A DNA stretch of 57,025 nt from Escherichia phage PLYYY01: sequence record MZ911962.1; one strand, given 5' to 3'. Under the pieces are notes generated by a model. That model saw only the letters and a program-made list of their open reading frames with translations, was not told the DNA's origin and did not search any database. The position numbers and the translations under genes are program-made. This document shows, piece after piece, positions 37,000 to 46,202 of this stretch (its first letter is position 1; each line of letters begins with the position of its first letter).

Positions 37000-39336
37000 T
37001 TATTTGCTTAAGTCTTTGAAAACACTCTCAATTGACTCGTCTATATACCATCCCAACCCCCTGAAATTACGCTTCAATGCATCCTCACGCGTAACCGGAA
37101 CAAGCGCGCCCATGTCTACAAGTTGTTTGATAGTGAGGTCTGTTGCAGTACCTGCTCCCATCCTGTGATTCTTGAATGCTGCTAACCCGTAGGTTCTGCG
37201 TGTGATAGTTGCCTTCGGAATAATACCGTCAACTCGCAGCTCCTTACGATCACATGCAATTTTACCGCCAAGATAATCTTTGCAGACCTGACAGATAGCC
37301 TTCACACGCGTTTCATCATCACCGCCAATAGTACCTTTTTCCCATGCATTGATCATGATGTCCTGCCCATGCGTAACAAAATCTACCGCCCATTGCATGT
37401 GATTTGGCTGAACGACAGGGTTGATCCAGTTTTCCCCTACCGCTAGCAGGGAGGCAAGACGCAGAGCTTTAAGGTGCGCACGGTTCCACGGCTGACGGAT
37501 AGCTTCGTCTTTAGTTGCGTTAATGTGTTCATCACATAACAAGTTAAACTCCCGCTCAATCCTTTCCGCTTCAGGGCTTAACTGGACGGTAACGGTCTGG
37601 AACTTTGCCATTGTCACTAACGTGTGGTTAACGAGATGGCAGACCATGTCCTTTAATTGTTGTGGCATTGTGATTTCAGGATTTTCGTTTGCAGGAACAC
37701 GATCCCCTTCATATTGCACAATGTGGAAACGGGACAAGAAACCGTCTTCCATCATTTCACGTGTTAACGCTTCAAAGAAGGTGTCCGGTGTTGTTTCGCC
37801 CAGTACGCTGAACGCTACCCCTTCCATCGTTTTGGTATTATTAGCCTTATCAGAATATCCAATACCACCAACAACATCCATCGCACCAGATTTTTGATAC
37901 ACATCTGTAATAGTTTGCTTCAAGGTGTAGTTCGCAGTGCCTGGCTGAGCTGTCGCCATACCTTTAATGGTTTTACCAAACTCACCGTTAATATTCACAA
38001 ACGAAGTATGATCCGCAAAACTTTTACGCAAGGCAGGACCGGAAGCATAGTTAGTCATGTCTACAAATTCATGCACTTGCGGTAATTGCTCGCCTACTTG
38101 CTTGCAGATATAGCTGGGCCCGGCGTGAAGCATTTCTTTGCCCACACCTGATCGGGCGATAAGCACAAAGTAACCGTTCAGTCCAGTGTTGGTGATAGTA
38201 TTCCATACCTTACCGCATACACCTGACAAGAATGCTAACGATGCAGTGATTGCAATTTCTTTCACCGGACGCTGCGATGCCTTGTAGATATACTTCGCAA
38301 GCTCACCAGCAAGACCCGGCGGCCATTCAATAGCGGTTGCATCAATGGACGTGCTTTCTGCAACTACTATTTCACCGGACGGGCTGACTGTGGTTACAGG
38401 CATTTCCGTTACCTGCTGCATTGCACTGTGTGCGGCTTGCATACGGGCAGCGTAATCCCGCGCCAGCGCCGCTACGTTTTCCTGGGCAATGCGTTCACGC
38501 TCCATGCGACCGCGACACATACGCAGGCAACGGTCAATATGAACATTGTTCTTATTAGCCTTCTCACGTTTGCCCAGTGCGCTGTAACGGAACAGACGAC
38601 GACATTGCTCATTACTTTCTGTGTAGAATGCATACATAGAAATAAGAGCAAGATCTGCTTCAGACTGGGAAGGGAATCCCATTTCAACCCATTCGCCATT
38701 GAATAGGCGTGCATACTTATCCCCGTTGTCCGCTTCAAGTGCGCGCTGGTGAATAGTTGCATCGTCTTCTACCGGATCTTTTTCTACCAGTTCGATTTCA
38801 TATGTCTTGCGCTGAAGATCAATTTCATTCACAAGCATAGTAAGATAATGATCACGTTCTGCAACTGGTTTGTTATAGACAGGATTGCCCGTGCAGATAA
38901 TAAAACGCTCCTGACTATAAACCTCGACACCATCACGTCGACGACCTTTACCGATATTTCCTCTTAACCACAGGTGAACACCCAAGCCTGAGCGACTTAC
39001 TTCGGTGTAAGTATCGAACGCGGTCATGATCTGTTCGAAGCGGCGCAACTGTTCCGGCGTCGTGTGCTTCTTGGGATCCGGTTCATTGGTTGCGTTCTTC
39101 ACATCCAGGTCGATGCAGGTGAACGGGTCTTGCGCAGTAAGCACGAAGCCAATATAAGGTTTGTTGAAATGAGCGGCGCAACCTTTAGCAGCTTCAAACG
39201 TCATAAGCATATCCGGATCGGTAACGTCCGCCGCCATCAGGCGCCCGATATCGTTATCCCATACAAGAGGCTTTTTATCCGCATCGGCGACCGCCCATTG
39301 TGGGAAAGCTTTAATTTCAGCGGGAAACAATTCCAT
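37000..39336 (-). CDS. DNA primase-helicase (primase-polymerase-like N-terminal domain plus P-loop helicase)
   Basis: 778-aa ORF. N-terminal region with acidic CIDLDVKN motif typical of prim-pol folds. Central/C-terminal P-loop LIARSGVGKE and helicase-like region. Confidence 0.6.
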   Translation of the reverse strand: MELFPAEIKAFPQWAVADADKKPLVWDNDIGRLMAADVTDPDMLMTFEAAKGCAAHFNKPYIGFVLTAQDPFTCIDLDVKNATNEPDPKKHTTPEQLRRFEQIMTAFDTYTEVSRSGLGVHLWLRGNIGKGRRRDGVEVYSQERFIICTGNPVYNKPVAERDHYLTMLVNEIDLQRKTYEIELVEKDPVEDDATIHQRALEADNGDKYARLFNGEWVEMGFPSQSEADLALISMYAFYTESNEQCRRLFRYSALGKREKANKNNVHIDRCLRMCRGRMERERIAQENVAALARDYAARMQAAHSAMQQVTEMPVTTVSPSGEIVVAESTSIDATAIEWPPGLAGELAKYIYKASQRPVKEIAITASLAFLSGVCGKVWNTITNTGLNGYFVLIARSGVGKEMLHAGPSYICKQVGEQLPQVHEFVDMTNYASGPALRKSFADHTSFVNINGEFGKTIKGMATAQPGTANYTLKQTITDVYQKSGAMDVVGGIGYSDKANNTKTMEGVAFSVLGETTPDTFFEALTREMMEDGFLSRFHIVQYEGDRVPANENPEITMPQQLKDMVCHLVNHTLVTMAKFQTVTVQLSPEAERIEREFNLLCDEHINATKDEAIRQPWNRAHLKALRLASLLAVGENWINPVVQPNHMQWAVDFVTHGQDIMINAWEKGTIGGDDETRVKAICQVCKDYLGGKIACDRKELRVDGIIPKATITRRTYGLAAFKNHRMGAGTATDLTIKQLVDMGALVPVTREDALKRNFRGLGWYIDESIESVFKDLSK

Positions 39337-39357
39337 TATTTATCACCTCCAATCACT

Positions 39358-39657
39358 TTAGCCATAAATCTGTTTCCTCCGCCATTCTTCATATGCTGAA
39401 TTATTTGCATCATATACTTCGCAAGCGTCTTTCATGCTGTCGTATAGTCCAAGGAAAGTTCGCCTTGTTTCCCCGCCTGCATCCACCCATGTTAATCGGG
39501 CAAGCCATTTACCCGTTTTATAATCGAAAGTGACACCCTCACGCCCGCTCACATTCTCCCGAGGCACTCGCGGTTTCCGGCGTGCGAGCCCGCGACCTTT
39601 GAAATTACTGCCCGGGACAGTCCTGCACTTACGACCCACGACCAACCTCCGACACAA
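39358..39657 (-). CDS. AP2-domain-like DNA-binding protein
   Basis: 99-aa basic ORF with GVTFDYKTGKWLARLTW...LGLYD pattern resembling AP2/HNH-associated DNA-binding domains. Confidence 0.4.
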   Translation of the reverse strand: MCRRLVVGRKCRTVPGSNFKGRGLARRKPRVPRENVSGREGVTFDYKTGKWLARLTWVDAGGETRRTFLGLYDSMKDACEVYDANNSAYEEWRRKQIYG

Positions 39658-39844
39658 TCCGACCAGCGTGCAACATTAAGACAGGCTCTGCAACTTCGCG
39701 CACGTAAACGTACACATTAGCAATTTTAACTTCGCCCGGCAGTTTACCGCGTAGCGAACACAACTTGCGACGGCTAAGGCCGAAGCGCTTCTCGATTTCT
39801 GATGTGGTTATGTATTTAAGATCAAATTCTTTTTGACAGTCCAT
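39629..39844 (-). CDS. putative helix-turn-helix DNA-binding protein
   Basis: 71-aa ORF, first gene downstream of the large intergenic region. Segment TSEIEKRFGLSRRKLCSL looks HTH-like. Confidence 0.4.
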   Translation of the reverse strand: MDCQKEFDLKYITTSEIEKRFGLSRRKLCSLRGKLPGEVKIANVYVYVREVAEPVLMLHAGRIVSEVGRGS

Positions 39845-40673
39845 ACCTACCTCCTAACAGCACTATACACAATCCATAGTAATGCAGCCACAATTATTCC
39901 ACCTGAAGTTATGATGTGAGCGGATTGTTAATATATAACCACATGTGATGGAAAGTTTTGGGTAGGAATAGTTGGTGCTCCACAGTTTGCGCAATGTGAC
40001 CGAAAGTTTTGTGAGTTTTGCGAAGTTTTGCGAAGTTTTGTGGTGCCACTGTTGCTAAAAACTTTAATAAAAACAATAAGTTGGTGCAGTAAGTTTTTGC
40101 GTTTTGGGGTAAAACGCATTTTTACCCTAACACCCCAAATCCCGACTATTAGTAAAAAACGTATATAAATCAATAGCATAGATACTAAATGAATAGTGAT
40201 TGGAATGGGTAGAAATCCAAATGATGGAAGTGGAATAAATTATTCCTACTTGATAGAATAATGGAATCGGTACTCCAGAGCGCAAAAACCTAAAACTTTC
40301 AGTCAACAGACTAAAAACGGATAGAAACTAAAAGTTAATAAGTAATACCATAAATATATATAAAATAAGGATTTATTAGTAATGTATATAGTACATATTG
40401 GTATTATTTGAATGTTTTTGGGTCATTGTTAAAAAGTCCCAAAACTCACAAAAAGTGAAAGAATACAATTCGTGACAGGATTGTTAATGGAATATGGTGT
40501 ATGGATATACAGTATTATTCCAGATTCCGGAATAATTGGAATAATGGAATAAATTATTGAACTATTGTGATCGGAAGGTATATCAAGCTATAATGCGCTT
40601 AATCGCGGGATATTGGAGGAGGACTTTATTGCGCGGTTAACCGGACCAGTAGGAGGGCTGGCCCGGAAGTAGT
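39845..40673. promoter_or_regulatory. AT-rich intergenic region with iterons (candidate replication origin and/or early promoter cluster)
   Basis: About 830 bp without ORFs >60 aa. Tandem 10-bp units at 40001-40040. Multiple GGAAT(A) repeats, the palindrome GGAATAAATTATTCC (40232-40246) and a second copy of GGAATAAATTATT at 40546-40558. 14-bp inverted repeat TTTTGTGAGTTTTG (about 40007-40020) versus CAAAACTCACAAAA (about 40440-40453). Confidence 0.5.
40001..40040. repeat. tandem array of four ~10-bp direct repeats (consensus CGAAGTTTTG)
   Basis: cgaaagtttt-gtgagttttg-cgaagttttg-cgaagttttg read directly; a fifth copy gaaagttttg at 39951-39960. Confidence 0.8.
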
Positions 40674-41000
40674 TTAGAGCTGTACAGGTGTGAAGTGGGC
40701 TAGCGTATCGTCGGACATAATACCCGACAGTTTTTCGCTTACCCAGTCGGACCAAATGCTATCCGGTTCCTGGCGATGCACAAACCAGATTTCGGATGTG
40801 CCTTCTTTGCGCATCGGTTGCACTTCTGCAAGGAACTTGTCCTGCATAAGGCGGGTGAAGCAGACGCTGGTCATTGGAACCGGCTTTTCGTCTTTATTGT
40901 AATAAGGGACCAATATTTTATTCCCGAAGTCGGCAACTTCATAAACCGTTCCTTTTCGCAAGCCTCGGATGTCAGTGTAAGAGCGGATGAACTTTTTCAT
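40674..41000 (-). CDS. hypothetical protein
   Basis: 108-aa ORF with ATG at 41000 preceded by AAGGA. Confidence 0.45.
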   Translation of the reverse strand: MKKFIRSYTDIRGLRKGTVYEVADFGNKILVPYYNKDEKPVPMTSVCFTRLMQDKFLAEVQPMRKEGTSEIWFVHRQEPDSIWSDWVSEKLSGIMSDDTLAHFTPVQL

Positions 41001-41002
41001 AT

Positions 41003-41179
41003 TTATTTCCTTACGAACACAGAGCCTACGAATAATGTTGACTGAGTGGCAGCTTGCTCGATTAATTCGCCAACAAGCTGGGACTGGTTTAGAGGTTTAA
41101 GGCCTTCTTTGGCGCGTGCTTCATTTACACGACGTTGAAGGTCTTTTAAGTATTGAGTTGCGAAGCTATCTAATTGCAT
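41003..41179 (-). CDS. hypothetical small protein (58 aa, below ORF-track cutoff)
   Basis: ATG at 41179 preceded by AAGGA. Stop at 41003-41005 directly abuts the start of the downstream gene. Confidence 0.35.
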   Translation of the reverse strand: MQLDSFATQYLKDLQRRVNEARAKEGLKPLNQSQLVGELIEQAATQSTLFVGSVFVRK

Positions 41180-41234
41180 CTTCTTATCCTTAGGGCTCCC
41201 GCAGAAGCCCGTCAGTGAACAGTGTGGTTATAGA

Positions 41235-41909
41235 TTATGCGTCCAGGCCGTTGTATTTGCGCCAGGCGTAGAACTGAATGGCTACCGTTGTTCCGTTGTA
41301 AGAAGGCATTGCAGCTTTCATCTCTTTCAGCTCCGGCGTGCGGCCCAGCTCCTTCAGAAGCTTGTCACCCATTGCCCACACTTCGGCAGTTTTTCCTTTC
41401 AGCGGCTTGCGAGCGCCATTTTTGAAATCACAGCGAGCAGCTTTTGCATCCTGTTTTGGTGCGGCAGCTTTTGGCTCTTCAATTTTGATTTCAGAAACCT
41501 GCGTGGCAGCTTTTGCGTGTTTCATATCTTTCTCTTCCTCCTGCTCCAGAGCTTCGAGGCAGCTTTTGACAATTTCCGGATTTACCATCGGACGCAGTAC
41601 CGAGACGCTAGCAGCTGGCGCGGCGGTCGGTGCTGGGACTTTCTGCTCGGGCTTTTGCGCTTTTTCGTGATCGCGCAGAACCTGAAGGACTTCCTTTTCG
41701 ATGATGTAAAAACCGATATCGTCCTGATGGATTAACTGTTCGTGTGCGTCGCGTGCAACCTGGCCCCAGCGGGTCTTAAGAGCGCGGCGTGCATTCGTTT
41801 TCATGGTGTAGCGCATTTTGTCCTGTTCGCGGTGAGTTACTTTAGACATGGTATAGCTCCTTTCGTTAAAGTTAGTTTGCTTATTATTGCCTACCGTGAT
41901 AGTAGGCAA
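41235..41909 (-). CDS. hypothetical charged protein sharing a C-terminal domain with the 24834-25646 product
   Basis: Likely start at internal ATG 41849 (AAGGAG 7 nt upstream). Lys/Ala/Glu/Pro-rich middle. C-terminus ends FYAWRKYNGLDA, like YARWKKFNG in the other protein. Confidence 0.5.
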   Translation of the reverse strand: MPTITVGNNKQTNFNERSYTMSKVTHREQDKMRYTMKTNARRALKTRWGQVARDAHEQLIHQDDIGFYIIEKEVLQVLRDHEKAQKPEQKVPAPTAAPAASVSVLRPMVNPEIVKSCLEALEQEEEKDMKHAKAATQVSEIKIEEPKAAAPKQDAKAARCDFKNGARKPLKGKTAEVWAMGDKLLKELGRTPELKEMKAAMPSYNGTTVAIQFYAWRKYNGLDA

Positions 41910-41917
41910 GGTATAAG
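41881..41917 (-). promoter_or_regulatory. promoter-like element with dyad symmetry (minus strand)
   Basis: Minus-strand reading gives TTGCCT, a 16-17 nt spacer and A/T-rich -10-like AATAAT. The -35 is embedded in the inverted repeat TTGCCTAC-N7-GTAGGCAA. About 30 nt upstream of the 41849 start. Confidence 0.4.
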
Positions 41918-41922
41918 AAAAC

Positions 41923-42171
41923 TTATTGCACGATTGCTACGAAATCGACGGTTGCGATGTCCATGCTAGCGAAAGCAACGATGCCATAGTCGGTGTCGTG
42001 TTCGGCGGTAAACGCTTTGAGGAACTGCTGTACTGCTGCTTTATGGTTAAGCGTTACGTCGATAGTATAGTCCCAGCTATAGACTTTGCGCTTGCCAAAA
42101 CCTTTAACTGCAATGCGTGCGCCTTTGGTGTTAGTTGGTGCCAAAAATTTGGTGACGATAGAAGTAGCCAT
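41923..42171 (-). CDS. hypothetical protein
   Basis: 82-aa ORF with ATG at 42171 preceded by GAGGA. Confidence 0.45.
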   Translation of the reverse strand: MATSIVTKFLAPTNTKGARIAVKGFGKRKVYSWDYTIDVTLNHKAAVQQFLKAFTAEHDTDYGIVAFASMDIATVDFVAIVQ

Positions 42172-42200
42172 GATGTATATCCTCGTTTTGTTTAAGTTGA

Positions 42201-42239
42201 CTTATTATTGCCCAGTCGGATCAACTAGGCAAGATATAA
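42201..42239 (-). promoter_or_regulatory. second copy of the promoter-like element (minus strand)
   Basis: Shares CTTATTATTGCC...AGGCAAG(A/G)TATAA with the 41881-41917 element; same position relative to the downstream start codon. Confidence 0.4.
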
Positions 42240-42240
42240 A

Positions 42241-42453
42241 TCACTTAATTTGTACCAAATCGTATTCTTTGTAAATTTCGCTAATGTACATATCGAACTG
42301 GCCCATTAAGAAGATTTCGGCCTCCTCCCAGCTTGGGGCAGATACATAACCAGCTATTTTACCGGACGCGAGTTCCACTAATTTGAATTCCATGATGCAA
42401 CCCTTAATGTGGTTAAGCAGTATTGCTTTGTTGAAGTAATAATAGCCTTGCAT
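42241..42453 (-). CDS. hypothetical protein
   Basis: 70-aa ORF; real start may be the internal Met (MEFKLVEL) at 42393. Confidence 0.35.
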   Translation of the reverse strand: MQGYYYFNKAILLNHIKGCIMEFKLVELASGKIAGYVSAPSWEEAEIFLMGQFDMYISEIYKEYDLVQIK

Positions 42454-42714
42454 CGTGATATTGAATAGGCCAAAAGTGCTATTTTGATATTGTTTTGCAT
42501 CTAGTGAAAATTATGCTTGCCTTGCATGTTTAGCACTAATGGCCTAACTAACATCACACCATCTGGAGTATTCGCGCGGGCACACACACATACATATAAA
42601 GCTGCCAAATATTTTTATAAAAAGATGCAAAAAGGTGTAGACACATGATCGGTCTAGCACTACTATATACACATACCGCAAGGGTACTACAAATTAACTT
42701 AAAGGGTTCACATC

Positions 42715-42999
42715 ATGTCCATCGTTACTATGTCGTTCTTCGACTATTGCAATAACGAAAAACAAATTATCGTTAACCTGCAAAAAGGATCTGTTGTCGC
42801 ACGCAATGCTAACCGCCAATGCATCGCGCTAACCGATTTTGCTTTCCGGCTTAACGTGGACAACACCACCGCCAAAAATATCGTTCACGATACGGCGATG
42901 GAAGCCGCTCATGCTGCGAAGGATAAAGGTATCCGCGCAGCACGCGAAATCATGCACAAAGCGCTCGGCATCACGTTCTTCGTTGGCATTAAGGGGTAA
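42715..42999 (+). CDS. hypothetical protein
   Basis: 94-aa ORF, first plus-strand gene after the divergent AT-rich region 42454-42714. Confidence 0.4.
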   Translation: MSIVTMSFFDYCNNEKQIIVNLQKGSVVARNANRQCIALTDFAFRLNVDNTTAKNIVHDTAMEAAHAAKDKGIRAAREIMHKALGITFFVGIKG

Positions 43000-43447
43000 C
43001 TACTATGGCACGCAAATACTCGCTTACACGCGCGCAGCACGCGCTATTATTGCAGGTTATGCGCATGGAGTACGAGGAGACTACATGGGCGCAGGCTATG
43101 CAAACTGGGCGCGAGTTCTACGCGCAATTAATAGCACAAAATGCCTAGACAACATGATCGGTCTGGTGGATACTACACACATCAACCAAACAACGGGGGT
43201 AAACAAAATGCGTAGTTTCAAATGTGTAAGCGTAAACGATAATGCTAAGGCTAGTGCTAAGGGTCTGTTCACAGTAGGTAATGTGTATGACTTCAACATG
43301 GAAAGTTATATACACATGACCCTCACGGGCGTAATGTTCGGCGACGTTGGTGCGGTGCGCTGCGAATTAAACAAGTACACGGAAAAGGAATATGCTCTTA
43401 TCAGCCGCTACACGGGCGAGCCGTTAGCTGTGTTCCATGCAGCTTAA

Positions 43448-43881
43448 GCTATAACGCACACAGCGCCACGCTAGCGAGCTAATGCACAAAGGTAATGGTA
43501 ATGCATTAGCTCGGGCGAAACAGGCGCACAGCGTCGCGCACAGCTCGCACAGCGCACACCGACCCACGCAGGCCCAGCCTCGCGACCCCACCCATCCTTT
43601 TCCAGGTACTTGGATCGCTGGGGCGTGCCCTATCCATCCTGATAGTAAGTCCACGCCTAAATCTCACCCATCACATAGCCTATCCACCTACATCCATGAC
43701 CCCACCTACCTTCTTTTTGAATATATTGCGCTCATCCTTTCTAAATATATGGATTTTGGTAGTAAATTCTAAGTCGTCAACGTATAATTCGTCTTGTAGC
43801 TACTCCATAGCTACCATCTTTAAGCGGATGCGACCAATTTCTATCAATTCTTACCAGTTTTAGAGCATCAAGGAGGTATTT
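43448..43881. promoter_or_regulatory. non-coding region with a long palindrome and GC-rich short repeats
   Basis: 11-bp perfect inverted repeat GAGCTAATGCA / TGCATTAGCTC at 43476-43512. Repeated CGCACAG units around 43520-43560. C-rich repeats (TATCCATCC, TATCCACCTACATCCATGACCCCACCTACC). Palindrome GTAGCTA-N5-TAGCTAC about 43797-43815. Confidence 0.4.
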
Positions 43882-44139
43882 ATGTGCGACTCCAGTGCAA
43901 GCACCACGACAAACTCCTCCAGCAATGTGGTTACAGAGGTAAATGCAATGCGATTAGGTCCATATCGCGGCTATTATGGTCGTGCTGCATGGAATGACGC
44001 TACTCAACGTTTTGAAGGCTGGATTATCTGCCCGGAACGTGTTAAATTTCACTCCGTAAAAGAGAAAAATATCGTTCTTAATTTTCAAAAATGTGTCACT
44101 AAATATGTAGAGGAGCAAGAAGAATGTCTTATCAATTAG
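43882..44139 (+). CDS. hypothetical early protein
   Basis: 85-aa ORF with AAGGAGG before the ATG. Confidence 0.45.
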   Translation: MCDSSASTTTNSSSNVVTEVNAMRLGPYRGYYGRAAWNDATQRFEGWIICPERVKFHSVKEKNIVLNFQKCVTKYVEEQEECLIN

Positions 44140-44480
44140 CATTAGAAGCTGCTGGATGCGAAGTATTAGATTTTGTTGAGTTTGGTTGTTATCAGGGTGA
44201 ATGGCTTGCCCTGATAAGAAAAGATGGTGTATTGGGGGTTTGTGAAGGTTCTTATGGATCGTGCTCGGGTTGTGATTCATTTGAAGCTGAATTTGGCTGG
44301 CATAATGAGGAAAGTCCCGATTATCAGAAACGTCTTGCTGAATTTGGTGAAAGTTACTTACCAGCTAACAGCTTTGAAGAAATGATCGCCAAACTTCAAA
44401 AGGATGTTGAGAATTATGATTGGGATGACGATTATAAATCTATGTTAGAAACTGTTCGTCAATGGCAGAAAAATATATAA
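44124..44480 (+). CDS. hypothetical protein with Cys cluster
   Basis: 118-aa ORF; CxxC-like pairs (GCYQ, CSGCDS). Confidence 0.4.
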   Translation: MSYQLALEAAGCEVLDFVEFGCYQGEWLALIRKDGVLGVCEGSYGSCSGCDSFEAEFGWHNEESPDYQKRLAEFGESYLPANSFEEMIAKLQKDVENYDWDDDYKSMLETVRQWQKNI

Positions 44481-44743
44481 AGGAAAGAAGAATGCGTGTA
44501 GGGGATGGTGAAAAGGTTGTTAACTATTTCGGGACTCAGGTTATAGTACCTGCTTGGGTAAATTGGCTCGCGGTTGATAAATGTGAAGAGCTCTATGCTT
44601 ACGAAAACGAGCCTTATGTAGATAAATCTGATGATTGCGACCGTTGGTATGAGGATACGGGTGAATCCATCTTTATTGGCGAGTTTCCTTTCGAAGAAGG
44701 TCGTTGGGTAAATTCTTTAGTTAATGTTAGTTCGGAGGCTTAA
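44462..44743 (+). CDS. hypothetical protein (member of small paralog family)
   Basis: 93-aa ORF; PAWVNWLAVDKCEELYAYENEP resembles the PWANFIAVDADGKVHCYDAKP motif of the 45074 product. Confidence 0.4.
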   Translation: MAEKYIKERRMRVGDGEKVVNYFGTQVIVPAWVNWLAVDKCEELYAYENEPYVDKSDDCDRWYEDTGESIFIGEFPFEEGRWVNSLVNVSSEA

Positions 44744-45022
44744 ATGCGTGTAGAAGAGATTGTTGAAGGTAAAGAGTATCGTTTACTGACCGATATTGGC
44801 GGTGTTGGGTATACTCCGGGCGATGGTGTTGAGTTCCGGGAACTGAAAGCTGGTTCTATTGTCACTGTTAATAAGGTGGTGTTTGATCTGCATAGCCTTT
44901 TCGGGCAGTGGAACCATACTGTAATTGTTAGCCAGGGTAGCGATGAATACGATGAAGAAGAGGATGCTTACGAAATTAGTTATACTGGTCTTGTAGGCGC
45001 CAATTTCCTGGAAGAAGTATAA
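44744..45022 (+). CDS. hypothetical protein
   Basis: 92-aa acidic ORF. Confidence 0.4.
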   Translation: MRVEEIVEGKEYRLLTDIGGVGYTPGDGVEFRELKAGSIVTVNKVVFDLHSLFGQWNHTVIVSQGSDEYDEEEDAYEISYTGLVGANFLEEV

Positions 45023-45073
45023 TTATCAATCTATAATGGGCTCTACGGAGCCCTTAATTATCTGGAGGTTGTT

Positions 45074-45376
45074 ATGCTTTATTTAGGAATGGATGAAACT
45101 GGACACGAAATTCCTTCTGTTAACAAGGAGACGCAAGTATTTACCGACTATTATGGGTTTGCTGTCCCTGTTGAGCCCTGGGCTAACTTTATCGCTGTAG
45201 ACGCAGACGGTAAAGTACATTGTTATGACGCTAAACCTTCTTGCTATGAATCTGGTAAGCAATGGATGCTTAGCGTATACGGTTTGCATGTGCGCTACTG
45301 CGGTGAAGTTGACCTTGAAGGTATGGACTGGCGCGATACTCTAATGGAAATTAAAGAATATAGGCTTAACCCATGA
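45074..45376 (+). CDS. hypothetical protein (paralog of 23803-24057 product)
   Basis: 100-aa ORF; shared C-terminal motif VDLEGMDWRDTLMEI. Confidence 0.45.
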   Translation: MLYLGMDETGHEIPSVNKETQVFTDYYGFAVPVEPWANFIAVDADGKVHCYDAKPSCYESGKQWMLSVYGLHVRYCGEVDLEGMDWRDTLMEIKEYRLNP

Positions 45377-45597
45377 AAATATTCATGATATTAGGTGCTA
45401 TAATTGCCGCTTTCGTTGTATTTGCAATTGTAGACTCTAAAGAAATGGAGCGGCAAAACTGCCAACGTACTGGTAACAGCCGGGAGGATATTATTTGGCA
45501 ATATATTTACGATGCAAAAGGTAATGTTGTGTCGACATATCCTCAGGTTATTACCGAGTATGAATATAAATGCAATGACCGTAACAGGTGGAGATAA
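45373..45597 (+). CDS. hypothetical membrane-anchored protein
   Basis: 74-aa ORF with N-terminal hydrophobic segment IFMILGAIIAAFVVFAIV. Confidence 0.4.
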   Translation: MKIFMILGAIIAAFVVFAIVDSKEMERQNCQRTGNSREDIIWQYIYDAKGNVVSTYPQVITEYEYKCNDRNRWR

Positions 45598-45869
45598 TAA
45601 TGGAAGTTACTGAAGCTGCTAAACGCATGGTGAAATTCTATGTTGGTTCTGATTCACCTTTAATTCGCGCTTTTGGTCAGGAGCTTTATGTTTTCCAGGG
45701 TGATCGAGAGGAGGCTGAAGAGGTCGCTCAGAAGATTCTTGATTTACAAGAAAAAGCTAAACGGGCGGATGCCCTGGAAGCTGTAGCAAAGGACTTCCTG
45801 CGTCGTAATAAATATGGTCCTTTGTTCTATCGTGATTTGTATAACCGTTTTAAGGAGATTGTGAAATGA
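45588..45869 (+). CDS. hypothetical protein
   Basis: 93-aa ORF. Confidence 0.4.
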   Translation: MEIIMEVTEAAKRMVKFYVGSDSPLIRAFGQELYVFQGDREEAEEVAQKILDLQEKAKRADALEAVAKDFLRRNKYGPLFYRDLYNRFKEIVK

Positions 45870-46135
45870 TTACTGCTCAAGAAGCTCGTGAATTAAGTGA
45901 TAAGCTGGATATTAGTGAAGATATTGCAGTCATTAGTGATAGTATTCGCGCAGCTGCTACAAAGGGATACAATAAAGTATTACTGGTAACTAAATACGGA
46001 GCTGTTGGTAATCCTGACACTCAAGACCCGACCACTATGAAGATTGCTAAATGGTTAGCTGATTCTGGTTTTACTGTCCTATACTATCCTTCAATGGACC
46101 AACGGGATAACGAGCGTACTGAGGTGGCCTGGTGA
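45866..46135 (+). CDS. hypothetical protein
   Basis: 89-aa ORF overlapping the upstream stop. Confidence 0.4.
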   Translation: MITAQEARELSDKLDISEDIAVISDSIRAAATKGYNKVLLVTKYGAVGNPDTQDPTTMKIAKWLADSGFTVLYYPSMDQRDNERTEVAW

Positions 46136-46202
46136 TTGAAGAAAATATCAAATATTGGAAAGGTTTTATTGACGAAATGCTGAAACCATTGGAGAAGAAA
46201 TA

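Noticed and set aside
40001-40040. Possible CRISPR array from the tandem CGAAGTTTTG units
   Set aside because: Units are only about 10 bp, contiguous with no spacers, and no cas genes are present; iteron-like repeats instead.
42839-43207. N-terminal 120 codons of the 202-aa ORF 42839-43447
   Set aside because: Overlaps 42715-42999 and is Ala/Arg-rich; the region more plausibly holds shorter genes with RBS-preceded ATGs (about 43005-43148 and 43208-43447), which I could not confirm well enough to list.
43482-43772. 96-aa ORF in the GC-rich repeat region
   Set aside because: His/Ser/Pro/Ala-rich product generated by short DNA repeats; no RBS; region better explained as non-coding signal DNA.
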